Both the position numbers and the translations under genes were made by a program. Below are positions 41,770 to 56,859 of a stretch of DNA of 64,000 bases, in pieces (within the stretch, counting starts at the first letter, position 1; every line of letters begins with the position of its first letter). The stretch lies in the NCBI RefSeq assembly GCF_009914755.1, contig NC_060925.1; one strand, 5' to 3'. This DNA comes from the human T2T-CHM13v2.0 reference genome, Homo sapiens. Under the pieces are notes generated by a model, which saw nothing but the letters and a program-made list of their open reading frames with translations, was not told the origin of the DNA and searched no databases.

Positions 41770-42868
41770 GTACTTTGGGCTGGGGCAGGCTTAGTGCATT
41801 GTGGGCCAGGATCCCAGGCCTGGGAGTGAGAGGGTGGTGGGAACAGCAGGGCGGGGACCCCAGTTTATTTTCCTTGCTGCCTTTGCCTGTGGGGCTCACA
41901 CACCAGTCTGCTGGAGCTACTCCAGAACCAAGTGGCAGCTGATGGCTGGTGGTGGGCTTCCTATCGCACAGGTCCTGCTGAAGAGCCCTGTTTTTCTGGG
42001 GCTGACTGATGGTGCAAGGGTCCATCCCACCAGGTGGGAAGGAAAAGATGGATGGGGCTTCTCCAGGTTGTACCTGCTGCTGTTTCTTGCTACCTTCCCT
42101 CAAAATGTTTGCGGGACGCAGCAGGATTTCACATGCTCTATCCCCGGGAAGGCCACTGAGAGTCAGAATGGCATGAGGAGGAAAAAGGAGATCAAATATT
42201 TTGAGGGAACTTGGGGGGAGGTGGAGAGAAGGTGGTCATGCCTGGGGCATGGGGGTGGCCCCTGGCTCTCTGTATGGCAGAGCATCAGGTGCAGTGGCCG
42301 GTGCTCTGTATCTGTCAGCCAGGCAAGCTTCCCAGCTTGCCTCTTTTCCAGGAAAATGAAGACAGTAAGGTGCATGGTCTTGCCCATACTTTCCCAAAGA
42401 AGAGACAGCTAGATTAAAAACACTAGGCCCCCCACTTCTGGATCAGAACTCAAGATAGGATAATGCCCACCTCGGAGGACTCTTGCCAAGAAGGAACAAA
42501 TCCATGTACCAGCAGGAGCTGCTAGAGGGAGCCCAGCCTTGTACACAGTGGAGGCCCCAGGTGCTAAGAAGGCCTCACGAGGCCGCTGTTGGTGCGCAGA
42601 GGCTCTCTTAAAAGTTTGTGTGCAGGTGCTCTCAGAGACATGGCCCTGCTGAGAGATTGTGTTTCCAAGTGTCAGTTGGGGTTGAATCCAACTCACAATG
42701 ACTCCTTTGTCATCTTTCCCAATTTTCCATCCTCCAGAGGGCCTCCAGGGGACCCTGGATACAGCATAGTCTTTATGTGGTTTGGGGTTCCACAGCCAGA
42801 CCCTGTCTCTCCAGAAAACACCCATGTCAGCCTGTGCCCTGGTCCTTGCTGCTTCTATTTCTCAATGA

Positions 42869-43313
<445 letters not shown>

Positions 43314-43961
43314 TAGGAAGGAGGTAGAGATGTGTGATGAAAGGTGAGCTGCCTCTTCTGAAGTCTGAGGGTGGGAGTGGGGAAAGGGGTACTGGCCCCC
43401 ATGTAGGTTGTGCTCTTCTGCCAGCCTAGGGAAGACCCAGGGAAGAGGTCTGAGAGGCTGGCCACCTGATGCCACCCTAAAGGCTCAACACCTCTTTTCC
43501 TCCACCCCAGCGGGGTGCACTCTGGCCCTCACCTGTCTAGCATATCCATTTGGACTGTCACTGGCTGGGCTCCAGCATCAATACCATGTTTTTGTTTGTT
43601 TTGTTTTGTTTTGGATATGTTTTGTTTTGGAAACTGGGCCTCAGTTTCCTCATCTTAAAATAAGGAGATTGGGTTAGAGATATAGATGGCTTCTAAGGTC
43701 TCCTGAACCCAAGGCTTTCTGATTCTTTCATTGCTTTTTAATGCCTGCTCTAGGGAGGAAGGAGCACATCTCCCCCTTGGTCGTGACTTGTCACAGTTCC
43801 AGACTTATAGCTGTTGGGTTCTAATACCCCCCAGCTCTCAGGGGACCAATAAAAACCACATCCAGTCAGCCTGGGCCTGCCCCAGCACATGGAGACAACT
43901 GGTCTCAAAGCAGCCCTTCCCAGTCCCCCTCCCCACACGGCCTCCTACCCACTTCCGACTC

Positions 43962-44270
<309 letters not shown>

Positions 44271-44523
44271 TAAAAAGAGACAGGAAGCAAAAACAAAACC
44301 AAGCACCCAAGGTAGGTCAGATGAAGAGCCAGGGTTAGATAACAAGAGCAACATCCTTTGAGACTAAAGGTTTGGTTGACTCCCTTGGAGGGCCCTGTGT
44401 GGAAGCGGAGGAGGGCGGGATGGCCATACCTGCAGCACTGCATCACCAGCGTCTGGCGTTGCCAGCGGTTTTGTCTTATTTCTGCTGGCTGTGCAGAGTG
44501 ACTGCCAGAATTGTCTCTTGCAG

Positions 44524-44614
44524 GCTGGAGGAGATTGATGGATTCTTTGCGAGAAATAACGAAGAGTACCTGGCTCTGATCTTTGAAAAGGGAGGCTCCT
44601 ACCTGGGTAGAGAG
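44524..44614 (+). CDS. QSOX1: QSOX1 exon 5
   Basis: Acceptor ttgtctcttgcag; LEEIDGFFARNNEEYLALIFEKGGSYLGRE; donor GAG|GTGAGC. Confidence 0.96.
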
Positions 44615-45922
44615 GTGAGCTGCCCTGAAGTTCCCTGCAATTCTTGGATAGCCATGGAGAGAGAGCCCCAGTTTGGGAGCAGGGCTTTTCCTGCCAATTC
44701 TAGGGTCTTGGCTGCCTGGGTCTTTTAGCCTGGCATTGGCCTGACCCCTGCTGGGAGCCATGGGAAGTGCAGGAGCTGGACCTTTGCGTTTCAAAACCTT
44801 GCTGTTTATTCTTATCTCCTTCACGGAAATCAAATATAACACCTGCTGTTATTGAGCATTGGACCAGATTGCTGACACACGTAGCTGCTAATCCCCAAAA
44901 TTAATGAAGGTGATCAAATAGCATGCCCAAGATCACACAGCTAGTAAGTTGGTAGAAGGGGGCTTTGAACCAGGTCCGTCTGGCTCCAAAGCCAATGTTG
45001 TTTCCACAGTGTCCCACTCCATGGGACTGGAGTGAAATATTTGGGAGGGAGGGAACATTAGCGACGCCCTAGCCCCACCGGAGGAAATGGGGTCCTTTAC
45101 CCAGATGCCGGTCTGTCTCATGTGGGGCATCCGTGAGCCAGCTCCCCAGCGCTTCCAGCTGCAGTGCCCTGTCTAGAAAGCAGGGATGATTACGTTTCTC
45201 CGTAGTATTGTTGGGAAGGTCAAATGCAGCAGTTTATGTAAAGGGCCTGGATTGCAGCTGACACATAGTAGGTGCTTTATAAGGATCCATTCCCCTCGCC
45301 TAATGCAGAGAGCTCACCATTCTGCCATTGGTTCATGGACTTCTCCATAGACCAGTTGTGAGCTTTTCCCAGCTGCAAAGGTGGGACGTGCCAGTGCACG
45401 GGAGATACTCCAAGTCAGTGCAGGGAGACAGGCATGAGAGTAGGCATGAAATTAAACTGCACTGTCAGCCTGAGTGATTTTCCTGCTGAAACTCAACAAG
45501 CACAGCTGAGAGTCTGAGCTGAAGCCAGATGCTGTCTCCAGGCCTCTCAGCCCTGAGAGAGGAGGCACAGGGGTTGGGGAGGGGAAAGACAGCTTGGCTT
45601 AAGGAGTGCCTGACCCTCTGGGGTCCCAGTTCATGCCTGGGGTCATGCCTGTTATGTAGAGGTGATAAATGGTGATTGGAATCAGGTCTTTTCCCTCCCC
45701 TCCCACCACAGTCCTTGAGTACCAAGGGGCTGGGGTCCCAGTGGTTGGAGCCAAGTGCCCCATGCCCATGCAGTGGTGCTTAGCGTGGGACCAGTGGCTA
45801 AGGGCCCAGGTTCTGGAGCCACACTAAGCTGGGATTTGTAGCACAGTTCAGGCATATGCAAGCTGTGTGATCTGGAGGCATGATTTCACTTCTAAGCCTC
45901 AGTTTCTCCAGCTACAAGATAG

Positions 45923-46544
<622 letters not shown>

Positions 46545-47903
46545 TGGGAGCTTTATTTTTAAGTAAACACTTATGTACCTACTATGTGCTAGTCACTGTT
46601 ATGGCATTTTAATAACATTAACCCCTTCAGTTCTCAGAACAGCCCCCCTGAAGTTGGTGGTATTATTATTATTGTTGTTATTATTATTTTGCAAGTAAGG
46701 AAATTTGGTCAGGGAAAGGTTTGGTGCAGTGGGGCCAGGATTCCAATGCAGGCAACTGTAGTGTACGGTGCCGCATCTCTTAGTCTCCTGAGAATAGCTG
46801 CTATTTCAGTGTTTCTCTGAAGATAAATGAGGCAATCTGTGTGGACACTACATAATACCTATGCAATACAGGTTAGCTAGTGCTTTCTCTTTATTTCTTT
46901 CTAAAAAAAATAATGATGACTGATGTATATTTTTCTGATTCGGAGTCTAGATAGGAAGCTTTATAAATATAAGAAAAAAGGCTAGGGGGCGCCACCTGCT
47001 CCATGGTGAAGAGTGAGACGTCAGTAACAGAAGTCCGTGCCTGCCATTTGCAGATGGCCTGTCCGATTATGCTCAGAACTTCTCTTCCCATTTCTAATGT
47101 GGGGACATTGTCATCTCAACAAGGCCTCTTGTTGCCTTCAGAGAGCCCCACGTTAAGAAACGTTTTCAGATCTTCTTATAACTATACACATTGACCAAAG
47201 GGCCCCTCTGACTACTGCACATACTGGGCTCAGAGTTAGCCTGCTGTTTAGAAGTTTACCCAATTCCAAAGGTTTATTTTGTTTGTATCCTACCCATGAA
47301 ATTTGTTACCATATGTATTTGAACGCAATAAAATCACAGTTCTTTAAACATCTGTGACTCAAGCTTCCATAAGGAAGACTGCTCTTGCCCCCAACAATTG
47401 ATATTTCAAACAAACAATAATTAGTAATTTCTAAAGGGATCTTTTCCCTTTAGAAAAATGTTATGAGAAGGCCCTGGGGAATCCTGGACATCAGAGGGCA
47501 GTCTTGGGGTGTGAAGGTCTTAAAGACAAGAACGTGCTGGCTCAGTGCAAAAAACAAACGAGAATTAAAATGAAACCACATTTTATTGTGCTCTTTACAA
47601 ATTGCTTTCATTAGAAAGAAAATGCTACCCAGTTGGGACTGTCGTAAGAAATTAAAGCGTGTGTGGCATGCACAGCTCCAAGGCCTCTCCTCCTGGGCAG
47701 TGATTGGCACTTGCTACCTACTGGTTAGCTGCTGTTGATGGCGAGTATCTCTTGCGCATCAGTGTGGTCCACTCTTTGTGGGTTTAGAGTCTGGAAGGAG
47801 CACAGCTGCCATCTGGGTGCCTTCACAGGTCACCGAGCTGGGACCCAGCCCTGGCTCCCTCCACCCGGTGGCCTGGCCCCCAGATGTTCTGCTGTCCCTG
47901 CAG

Positions 47904-48049
47904 GTGGCTCTGGACCTGTCCCAGCACAAAGGCGTGGCGGTGCGCAGGGTGCTGAACACAGAGGCCAATGTGGTGAGAAAGTTTGGTGTCACCGACTTCC
48001 CCTCTTGCTACCTGCTGTTCCGGAATGGCTCTGTCTCCCGAGTCCCCGT
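47904..48049 (+). CDS. QSOX1: QSOX1 exon 6
   Basis: Acceptor ctgtccctgcag; VALDLSQHKGVAVRRVLNTEANVVRKFGVTDFPSCYLLFRNGSVSRVP(V); donor CGT|GTGAGT. Confidence 0.96.
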
Positions 48050-49646
48050 GTGAGTATCCTGTCTCCTGGCGTCCCCTCTCGTCCCTCCCTGTGCTCATCC
48101 TTCCTTCTTGCCCAGAGGGGCTGCCCGCCTTTCACAGTGGCCAACATGTTCTTTCTGAAGAGCCCCCTCAGGAGAAGCTGCAGTCTGCTGTCTGCGGGGC
48201 CAGCGCCTCCACCGTCAGGAGCCTGGGCCTGAAACGCTAACCCTGTTCCGCAGCTCAGAGTCCTCAAAGGCCTCAGCCCCCCGCACCCAGTGTCGCCTGC
48301 ACCCTCATTACGTCCCCACCACAGCCCTGGCCCTCTTCCCCACCCTCTTCTGTTCGCAGGCAGACTCATTGGCAGGCTACAGGCCTGGCAAGCACTCGTA
48401 TATGCCTGACCCTCCCTCCCTTTGGTTTTCTAATTGCAGAAAAGTTCATTAGCAGCCAGACAATAGCCAGTTCCAAAATGCCGAGAGAAAACAATCAGGC
48501 CAGCCTCAGCCCCTCTGCCAGGCTCCTGCTGCTGAATGGCCCGTTAATGGCACCAGATGGTGCCTTGGTGCCCTCCCTGGGCAGATGATTGATGTCAGCC
48601 AGGCCCCGCAGGCAGGAGCATTGGGCCAGGGAGGCAAGGCTTGCCTGTGGTGCCTGGTGAGCTGCTCCTCGGGGCCCTCAGTGCCGACCCACACGGCGCC
48701 GGGCAGGGTGGCCACTTGGCCTCACCCTGGCCCAGATCACCTGCTAGAGGGCCCAGGAGGTGCGATGCCACCAAGGACAGGGAGGCACTCGCTTTCCGGG
48801 CAGGCCCAGAAAGTGCCAGTGATGGTGGGGAGAGAAGGCATTGTCTCCTCTCTCGGAGTTGGTGGAGGGGAAAATTGTTTGTGACGATGCTGCCTCCCGA
48901 GCCATCTGCTCACCGAGAAACCCAGGATGGTGGAGTGGAATGAAGCCGTGCGTCCCATGCCAGCTCCCCCGGGGCAGCCCTCACGCTGCTGCTGGACCCG
49001 GCGTCTCTCTCTGCAGGTGCCCTGGCTGTGGGTGAGAGGGAATATGCACTCAGGAGGTATCCCGTGCCCTGGAGGACTCCTCCCTGTCGGAAAAAAGAAA
49101 GAAACCCAAAAAGACCGTAAAAAGATTTAGAGAATTCTGGAGGCTCTTTGTCATTGTTGCTACCTGTTTTTTGAAAAATCCCATATCAAACTCCCTGGAC
49201 TTCTTAGGGGGTAATGTCACTTATAGTACCTCAGGGCGAGCTTATGGATGGGCAGCTGCCATATTGAATCTCGGGGTCCTTGGGGAAGGGAGTCACACTC
49301 CGCCGTTCCTGTCTGTGGGCACCGGGCTGTCCCGTGCCTTTCCATGCCCTGCCTGGAGCCAGAGGGCCACTGGGGGAATTCTTGGGCCCAATTGCCTTAC
49401 CAGGTGAGGTTTGACATCAGGCTGGTGTCAGAGAGGCTTTCCAGAGCATGTGCAGTGATTAGAAGGGTTACAGCGAGGCCTGGGTGCCGTCTTCTGGCCT
49501 CACAGAGGACAAGATGGAATCTCGTTCACATATTTAATAAACCTTCCTGTCCGATGAGCCACCCTTCTTCCTCTTCTGACATTGGTTAGCTCTAATCTTG
49601 TTCTCTGCACTTACTGCCTCTCCTCCCTGGTTCTGTGCCCTCACAG

Positions 49647-49781
49647 GCTCATGGAATCCAGGTCCTTCTATACCGCTTACCTGCAGAGACTCTCTGGGCT
49701 CACCAGGGAGGCTGCCCAGACCACAGTTGCACCAACCACTGCTAACAAGATAGCTCCCACTGTTTGGAAATTGGCAGATCG
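49647..49781 (+). CDS. QSOX1: QSOX1 exon 7
   Basis: Acceptor tgccctcacag; LMESRSFYTAYLQRLSGLTREAAQTTVAPTTANKIAPTVWKLAD(R); donor TCG|GTAAGG. Confidence 0.96.
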
Positions 49782-51790
49782 GTAAGGCTACGCCTGGTTC
49801 TCCTCACTTCTTCTCCTTCCTCTGATCACAGACCACCACACCTTCACACCCACGCCCTCTTGCTCATTCTTCTTCCTTGTCATATGATTAGTGTGTACAT
49901 TCTGAGCCAGGCTGTCCCCCACCCTGGGGTCTGGCCATGCTCAGGGACCTTCAATGTGTGGGAGCGGCATTTAGCTGCGGTGCCTCTGGTGTCTGTTGCG
50001 GGGCCGGGGCTGACTGGGGAATGAACACCTTCCATGCCCACGCTCCTTCAGCTTAACTCTGCTCACAAATGGGGAATCTGCGTGCAAGGACACTCTGAGG
50101 CCTCCAGACCAACTTCCCACCCAAGCAATTATTTGTGCAGTCAATATTTTTGAGTACTCACTATGTGCTAGGCACTGTGGCAGCAGATATGTACAGGCAG
50201 ATGCATTCTCTGCTTGTGCAGACCCTACAGCATACAGCATCCCTTCTAGGAAGGCACCCAACCTCACTTGAATGCCTGTGGTGTCAGTGAGTTCACTGCC
50301 TTTTCAGGTCACCTGTGTGTGTGTCCACAGTCGTAAGCATGAGAGAGCTGCTCTTCTCTCTGAGGCTCGTTGCCTTTTCTGTTGTGGTTGGGCAGTGAGA
50401 CAGAGCTGTAGACCTCCTGCACTGGTACCAGCTGCATACCAGGTGGAAATGTCTGACCAGGGAGCTCAGAGCTGGCCAGGACGGTGCCCCTCACAAGGGG
50501 ATGCACGAGACAGTGGGGGAAAGGTGATTGCAAGAAGGACTTTGCATCCTAGCATGAGGGACTTTAAGGGTGGAAAGTGCCAAATGGAGAGACTTTTAGT
50601 AGATCAAGGGAGAAGGAAAGAGAGAGTGAGGGGTGGTGTAATCATTATGATCATTCCGTCATTGTGAATGATCATCATAATCATTCGATCATTACAGTTA
50701 TGCAAACCATTGACGTTCTTGTAATAGCTTGGGCTGGTGTATGTGCCAGGCTCTGTGCTGGGCACCTTCCCTATGTTACCTCATTCAGTCATGGGGCCAC
50801 TTCTGGAGGCAGGGCACAGGAATGGAGAGGTAAACTGAGGCCCAAGGACACCAAAGTGGAACACAGAGGAGACCTTGCCCTGAGGAGGAGCATAGGCAGC
50901 CACAATGCGTACCCCATTAGTTGACCTTATTGGCTCTTTCCAACCTCAGGAGGTTGTCATGGAGGGGTCAGGAGCAAGTCATGTGTTTTACAGGTGAGCT
51001 GACTGAGGCCCAGGAAAGTCAACTGAGTTGCCCAAGATCACAAACTAGCTCACAGTCAAACTGAGGTCAGAACCCAGGTCTCAAGAGACAGGGGAAGAGG
51101 CACCCAACTTTCCTGGCCCCTGCCATCAGAACCCTGAGCCTGGACCCCAGCATGATGGGCCTGGGGCCAGCATGGAGCCTCCGGCCCTTCCATGAGGGCT
51201 GCGGAGAGGTGTGAGATGGGCCCACCTAAGATGTGAGGTCCGGCAGCTGTGAGCACATCAGCCCTGAAAGAAATACAGGCCCTGCTTCCCCTCCTGCCCC
51301 CAGTCGCCATTTCCCAGACTTGGTGGGCAGCTAAACCCTGGTCTTTCAGAGAGGGCCCAGTTTTTCCAGAGCCATGTCGTGTGTATGAACCTGCTGGTCT
51401 GATTATGTCTAGTGGTCTTGGCTCGGAGCTGGCCTGATTAGTGAGTTGCAGGAGGGGTGGCTGTGGGCCTGGAGAGAGAAAACTCCTACTCCCTGCCAGG
51501 AGCTGCTGAGAGTTTTTTACATTTGTGCTTTTATTTGATCCTCTCAGCAACTTACCTGTGAGCAATGTGTTATTCATATCTTACAGATGAGGAATTGAGG
51601 CTCAGAGAAATTAGGTAATTTACCCAAGGTCACACAGCACATTTCTGGCAGAAGCCAGTGGTAACTTACAAGACTCTGTGACCATCAGCAGTGCCCCTTC
51701 TCTTCTCTCCCTTTAGCCCTGGATGCTCCTTGCAGCCCCTGCACCATGGTTAATACTTCTTTCTCTCTCTATCTCCCTCTGGGTCCTCAG

Positions 51791-51920
51791 CTCCAAGATC
51801 TACATGGCTGACCTGGAATCTGCACTGCACTACATCCTGCGGATAGAAGTGGGCAGGTTCCCGGTCCTGGAAGGGCAGCGCCTGGTGGCCCTGAAAAAGT
51901 TTGTGGCAGTGCTGGCCAAG
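51791..51920 (+). CDS. QSOX1: QSOX1 exon 8
   Basis: Long pyrimidine tract then gtcctcag; SKIYMADLESALHYILRIEVGRFPVLEGQRLVALKKFVAVLAK; donor AAG|GTGAGC. Confidence 0.97.
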
Positions 51921-54589
51921 GTGAGCAGGGCCATGGCTTCCCTTGTCTGTGCAATTCTACGGATGGTCAGTGTGCGTTGCTGTAAGCTGGGCACCCCGTC
52001 AGCCCCTCCCTCCAGAAGCCCATGGTCTGGCTGGACACCTGGACCCACAGCTCTCCCTGTCCACCATAGGTGATACCCTCCAGCCTCAGCCATACCCCAC
52101 ACCAGCCCCACACTGCCAGGGACAACCCTGCCCCATGCAGCAGTGTGGGTGGGACACAGGGCCCGTGCCCCCCACCTGGGGATATTTCCAGCTGATTCAG
52201 TGACTGTGGCTCTGCCTGCCTGAGTCCTCAGTCAGAGCCCCAGTGTGGCTTCCCACCCCTTTCTGTGGTCACTGGGAAAGCAGGACCCCTAGGACACCCT
52301 GGCGAAGGAGAGGATGCTCTTCTGATACTCCTTGCTTCCCTCCCAGTCTGACCCGATCCCTGGCCCTGGCCATGCCTTCCTTATTCCTTTATAGTTTCCC
52401 CGGGAAGGTGGCTACTCCACGAAGGGTAGCTCCTATTTATTGAGGACTTGATGTTTGTCTAGGATTTAATCCTTTTAACTACTCTGCGAGGTGGGTGGTT
52501 TATTTTGTCCTCCCCGATTTAAGAGGCCCAGGGAGCTCAAGTGCCATGCCTTCGTTCTGCCAGCCTGAAAGTGTTGTGGTCAGGCCTTGAGCCTGTGCTC
52601 CTTCCTCTCTGAAGGTGAGAGGTGGCTGCCATTCCCTCTCTGCGCCCTTCCCTTTGGTTCCAGATCCTGGCCATTGCGTCCCTGCTGGAAACCCTGGACT
52701 CTGCTGCTCAGTACTGCTGAGTCAGATGTGGCTCTGGGCGCTTCGGGTTTGGCCGCTGGCTCAGCCTCCCTTGGCCCTGGGGCCTGGATCTGAGCCCACC
52801 CTCCTCAGTGTGGGTCTGCAGGAAGCTGGGGCTGCCCTCGGGTGATTTGTGCCTCTCCTTGGGAACTTCCTGCCAGCCTGATGCCTCCTTCCCACCTCCC
52901 TGTCCTGGCCCCCTGGCTTGGTCACATGAATGCGTGGTGACACTGAGAGGACCTGACAGGGACATTTCAGCCTAAGGCAGGACAGTCGTTGGCCCCTCAC
53001 TGAAGTCCCATGCAAAATGAGCCCTTGTTCTTCAGTCCATTGCCATAATAGAGACCTTTCCTCCAAGGCTGAGAGCTGTTTGGTCCTCACAGTGCAGAGG
53101 CCTGGGGTTGACAACCTAGAGACTTAGAGGGGAAAAATCCAGAACTGACCCACGTACAGTCCCTCCTCCTGACCCATGAGGGAGAGCACCCAGCATGCTT
53201 TCCCGGCATGCCTCAGACACCCCACCACCCTAGTCCAGTACTCTCCAAAGGAGTCACCCCAGGAAGATTGGCTTGTGTGTCACTCGCATCTCTCAGCTGT
53301 GCTCAAACCTGCTATTTTCTTTGTCCCCAGTGGGGCTGTTTGCAGCCGGTATGGGGGAAAAGAATGAGATACAGAAAAGTCCCTGAGCTGGGCAGAGGCA
53401 TCACCCCCTCTGTGCCTGCTGAGTCTCTGCCTTCAGCAAGGGCTGGGAATGAGCTTGAGATGAAGGTGCCTGCCCTGCCAGAGCCAGGGCCCTCGGGGTA
53501 GGGCTGGCAGTGGGGTGGAGGACAGAGGGAAGCCAGGTATGCCCCGCAGTAGCAGCAGAGGCATCGGGGGCATGGGCCTGGAGACCCTCTGTTTGGGTTT
53601 TGCCCGCACATCCCCTGGGGTCTGTAGAGTATTCTGGCCCTTGCCTTGCTTGGGTAGCTTCTTCCTGAATAGTAGTATCCTAGCAGCTATCATTTCTTCA
53701 GCCCTGCCGGTGCCTGCAGTGTTCTTTGTATATTAGCTCCTCATTCTGTTTCTCAGAGAAGATTCCACAGCATGGCTTCTAGTATGATCTCCGTTTCATA
53801 GAAGGTGAAACAAAGCCCCAGAGAACTAAAGCACCTTGCCAGGGTCTTCCAGCTAGTGAGGGGCTGGGCAGGGAGCCACACCCACTCGCATCCAGCCCAT
53901 GCCCATTACCACCAAGTGCATGGTGCTCACAGGCCCGAACCCCTAAGGGTGCCAGTGGACACTGCTGGCTCCCCCTGGCTAGCTGCCAGCCCTGCAGGTG
54001 CCCGGTCAGTCAGGAGGCCCTCTGCATGTCCTGCCGGTGCCTTCCCACCCAGCCTCTCCCAGCCTGTGCTCCCTCCTGTGAGCAGCTGGTAGGAGTGGCC
54101 ACTGGGTGGCGTGTGGGCACCAGGGTTTCCTTGCTCCCAGTTGTCCAGAGCTCCTTAATTCATCCATCTTTCTGGCACTGTCGCCTTAGAAGGCAGAAGT
54201 TTCTAAGTCAGGATGATGGCAAAGGTCAGTGAGAAATGCTGACTTCAAGCTGTAAATTTGTGTGTGAGTTCCAGAGGCCCGTGTGGGCTCACCAGGAGGG
54301 CACGTGTCAAAGCGTGGTCTTTTCCGGCCATTTCTCACTCTGGGGGAAGGTGTCCAGCCCAACGTTTGATAGGAATATTTAATGGCTTTCTCAGAGGAAT
54401 GGATCTGTTAGCAGGTTTTCCTGTTCAGTTACCATTCGTGTCTCCAGTATCCTTCTCCTCTCAAATGTTTGTCTTTGCTTTCTTTGCTGTGAGTTTCTCA
54501 GGGTCCTCATCCCCTCGGCCAGCCTCTTTGTGGTTTTATCTGACCAGCCTGCTGCTGTGCCCCTCTTTCTCCTGCCCTCCGCCCCTTGT

Positions 54590-54632
54590 GCTGTGCACGT
54601 GCACACACGCACACACACACACATACACACAT
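54590..54632. repeat. Imperfect (CA)n / alternating purine-pyrimidine tract
   Basis: gtgcacgtgcacacacgcacacacacacacatacacacatatg. Confidence 0.85.
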
Positions 54633-55288
54633 ATGTCCTCCTCCCTGGAGTCCTTGTGGTTTTAAAGTGCTGATACTAATCGGATTTGAGTTGACTTATT
54701 GTCAGAGTAGCTTTTCATGCTCCTCAGATACCACTGGGAGTTACCATCAAGATCTGGATCTTGGCTGTGAGCCCCTGGCCTGGCTGGTCCTCACTGGCAG
54801 CCCATGGAATCCAAATGAAAGGTCTCGTGCCCACCTAACCCAGCTGGCCAGTCAGTTGGCAAGTCAGCTCTATCCGAGGACCACCCAAAGACAGGACTGT
54901 GTGGCCCAGGGCTCCCAGCAGCCCTGGCAAGGGGCACAAGTGCTCCAGCCTTCCTCCCAGTGGTGGCACATGGTCGGGGGGTGCTGCACAGGAGCCTGAG
55001 GTCTGAGAGAGGGAGACTTCCAGGACCCCACCCCATTTAGAGCGAGCACCTTCCCTACCCTGTCTTCTAGCCTTACCAGGTGTCCCAGAGCAAAGGTAGT
55101 ACAGAAGTCATATTTGTGTCTTAGTTAGAATGTTTTCCTGGTGGTTTTGGAACTTTGCACAACCTCCTCCCCACTGCCCCCCGCCCCCCGCCCCCCGCCT
55201 TCTTCTGCATAGCTTCCTACCATCTGCAGGACGGGGAACTTGGGGAATTGCTTTTCACTCTCCAGCTTCCGCTTGTTCCTCCCCACAG

Positions 55289-55411
55289 TATTTCCCTGGC
55301 CGGCCCTTAGTCCAGAACTTCCTGCACTCCGTGAATGAATGGCTCAAGAGGCAGAAGAGAAATAAAATTCCCTACAGTTTCTTTAAAACTGCCCTGGACG
55401 ACAGGAAAGAG
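55289..55411 (+). CDS. QSOX1: QSOX1 exon 9
   Basis: Acceptor cctccccacag; YFPGRPLVQNFLHSVNEWLKRQKRNKIPYSFFKTALDDRKE; donor GAG|GTGAGT. Confidence 0.97.
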
Positions 55412-56169
55412 GTGAGTCTGGGAAGCAAATAAAGATCTCTCCATCCTCCGTATTTATGAGAGTGCAAGGGGTTAACCCTGTCATTTCTGACCTTCTTCGC
55501 CAGTTTGCACCAGGGAGTCAGTGATCTTCGTTGGGTCCTAACAATAATCAATAAATGACTATTGATTGAGCTCTCTATGCGCACATCTCATTTAATCCTC
55601 ATAATGTTAGTGGAAGGTAGATATTCTCCCCATTTAGCAGATGAAGAAACAGTACTTTGAAAAGGTTAAGCAACTTGTCTGGGTTCATGGAGCCAGTAAG
55701 TGTTTGGGCTGGGATGAAAACTTGGTGAGACCCCAGAGTTTTTAACAACTACCCTGTGCTGCCTCTTAGTTTGTGGTGCTGCTCAGCATGGCCTCCCTGG
55801 CCCTCTCCAGGGCACCTTCTGGGCTCCTGCTCATGCTGCTATTTGCAAAAGTGGGTCACTGCAGCCAGCAGAGGTGTAAAACCCTGTAGACTTGTAGGGT
55901 GTCAAATCTCGAAGGGACCTCAGAGATAACCCCCTTGTGTTACAGCTGGGGAAGTTGAGGCTGGAACGGGATGCAGCTTGATCTGGGTCACAGCTTTTTA
56001 GGTCTGCTGCTGCTTCAGTGGGTGGAACTGGTGAAAGGGAAATGCCACCTTCGAGGTGATAGACTGAGGGACCTCATTTGTCTTAGGGCTGTCTCCTAGA
56101 AGCTTCTGTCTCTGCCTCTCCCATCCTTTTCCTTCTCCATATGTGCACTCACACTCATGTGTCCCTCAG

Positions 56170-56317
56170 GGTGCCGTTCTTGCCAAGAAGGTGAACTGGA
56201 TTGGCTGCCAGGGGAGTGAGCCGCATTTCCGGGGCTTTCCCTGCTCCCTGTGGGTCCTCTTCCACTTCTTGACTGTGCAGGCAGCTCGGCAAAATGTAGA
56301 CCACTCACAGGAAGCAG
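56170..56317 (+). CDS. QSOX1: QSOX1 exon 10 (start of Erv/ALR FAD domain)
   Basis: Acceptor gtccctcag; GAVLAKKVNWIGCQGSEPHFRGFPCSLWVLFHFLTVQAARQNVDHSQEA, containing the Erv W-x3-H motif; donor CAG|GTACGT. Confidence 0.97.
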
Positions 56318-56859
56318 GTACGTCCAGGACCCGTTCACCCCACTGTGCCTCCAACCCTGCTCTGTTCGGCCCTCCAAGGGGAGAGGGGGCAGGGAAGCTC
56401 CTTGAATTGCCCCACTGGCTCCCAGCTGCCAGAAGATGGGGAGAGTCAGCCTTGGGGCTCTGGCTGGATTGCTCTATCTGCAGGTAGCCCCACACGGCCA
56501 GAATAGAACCAATCCCAGGAGGGAGCAGACTTTAGGAATTCAACCAGTCCTGTTTTCGGCCCCGGGAGCTCTGGGGCTGAGGCTTCTCCCTGTCTTTCTC
56601 CGGGCTTATAGTTTGCTTTGCTTTCAGTCTTCATGAAAAAATTGTGATTCTATTTTTTTATACTCTTAACAAAGAAAAAAACGTGTATTTTACAGTTTAC
56701 ATAGCTGATACATAGCAGGTGCTTTGAGCAATTTTATTGCACTTCCCACTGAAAAACAATTTCCTGGGGGAAGTTGGGGAAACACGTTTCCCCTGCTGCC
56801 TCGGATTGTCCACAAACTGCACCACCATGTTCTCCGGCCACGCTGCCCCACACCTGCTT

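Noticed and set aside
48050-48062. U12-type donor-like GTATCCT near the exon 6 donor
   Set aside because: It lies 4 nt inside the intron and would break the frame. The canonical GTGAGT at 48050 fits the phase of exon 7.
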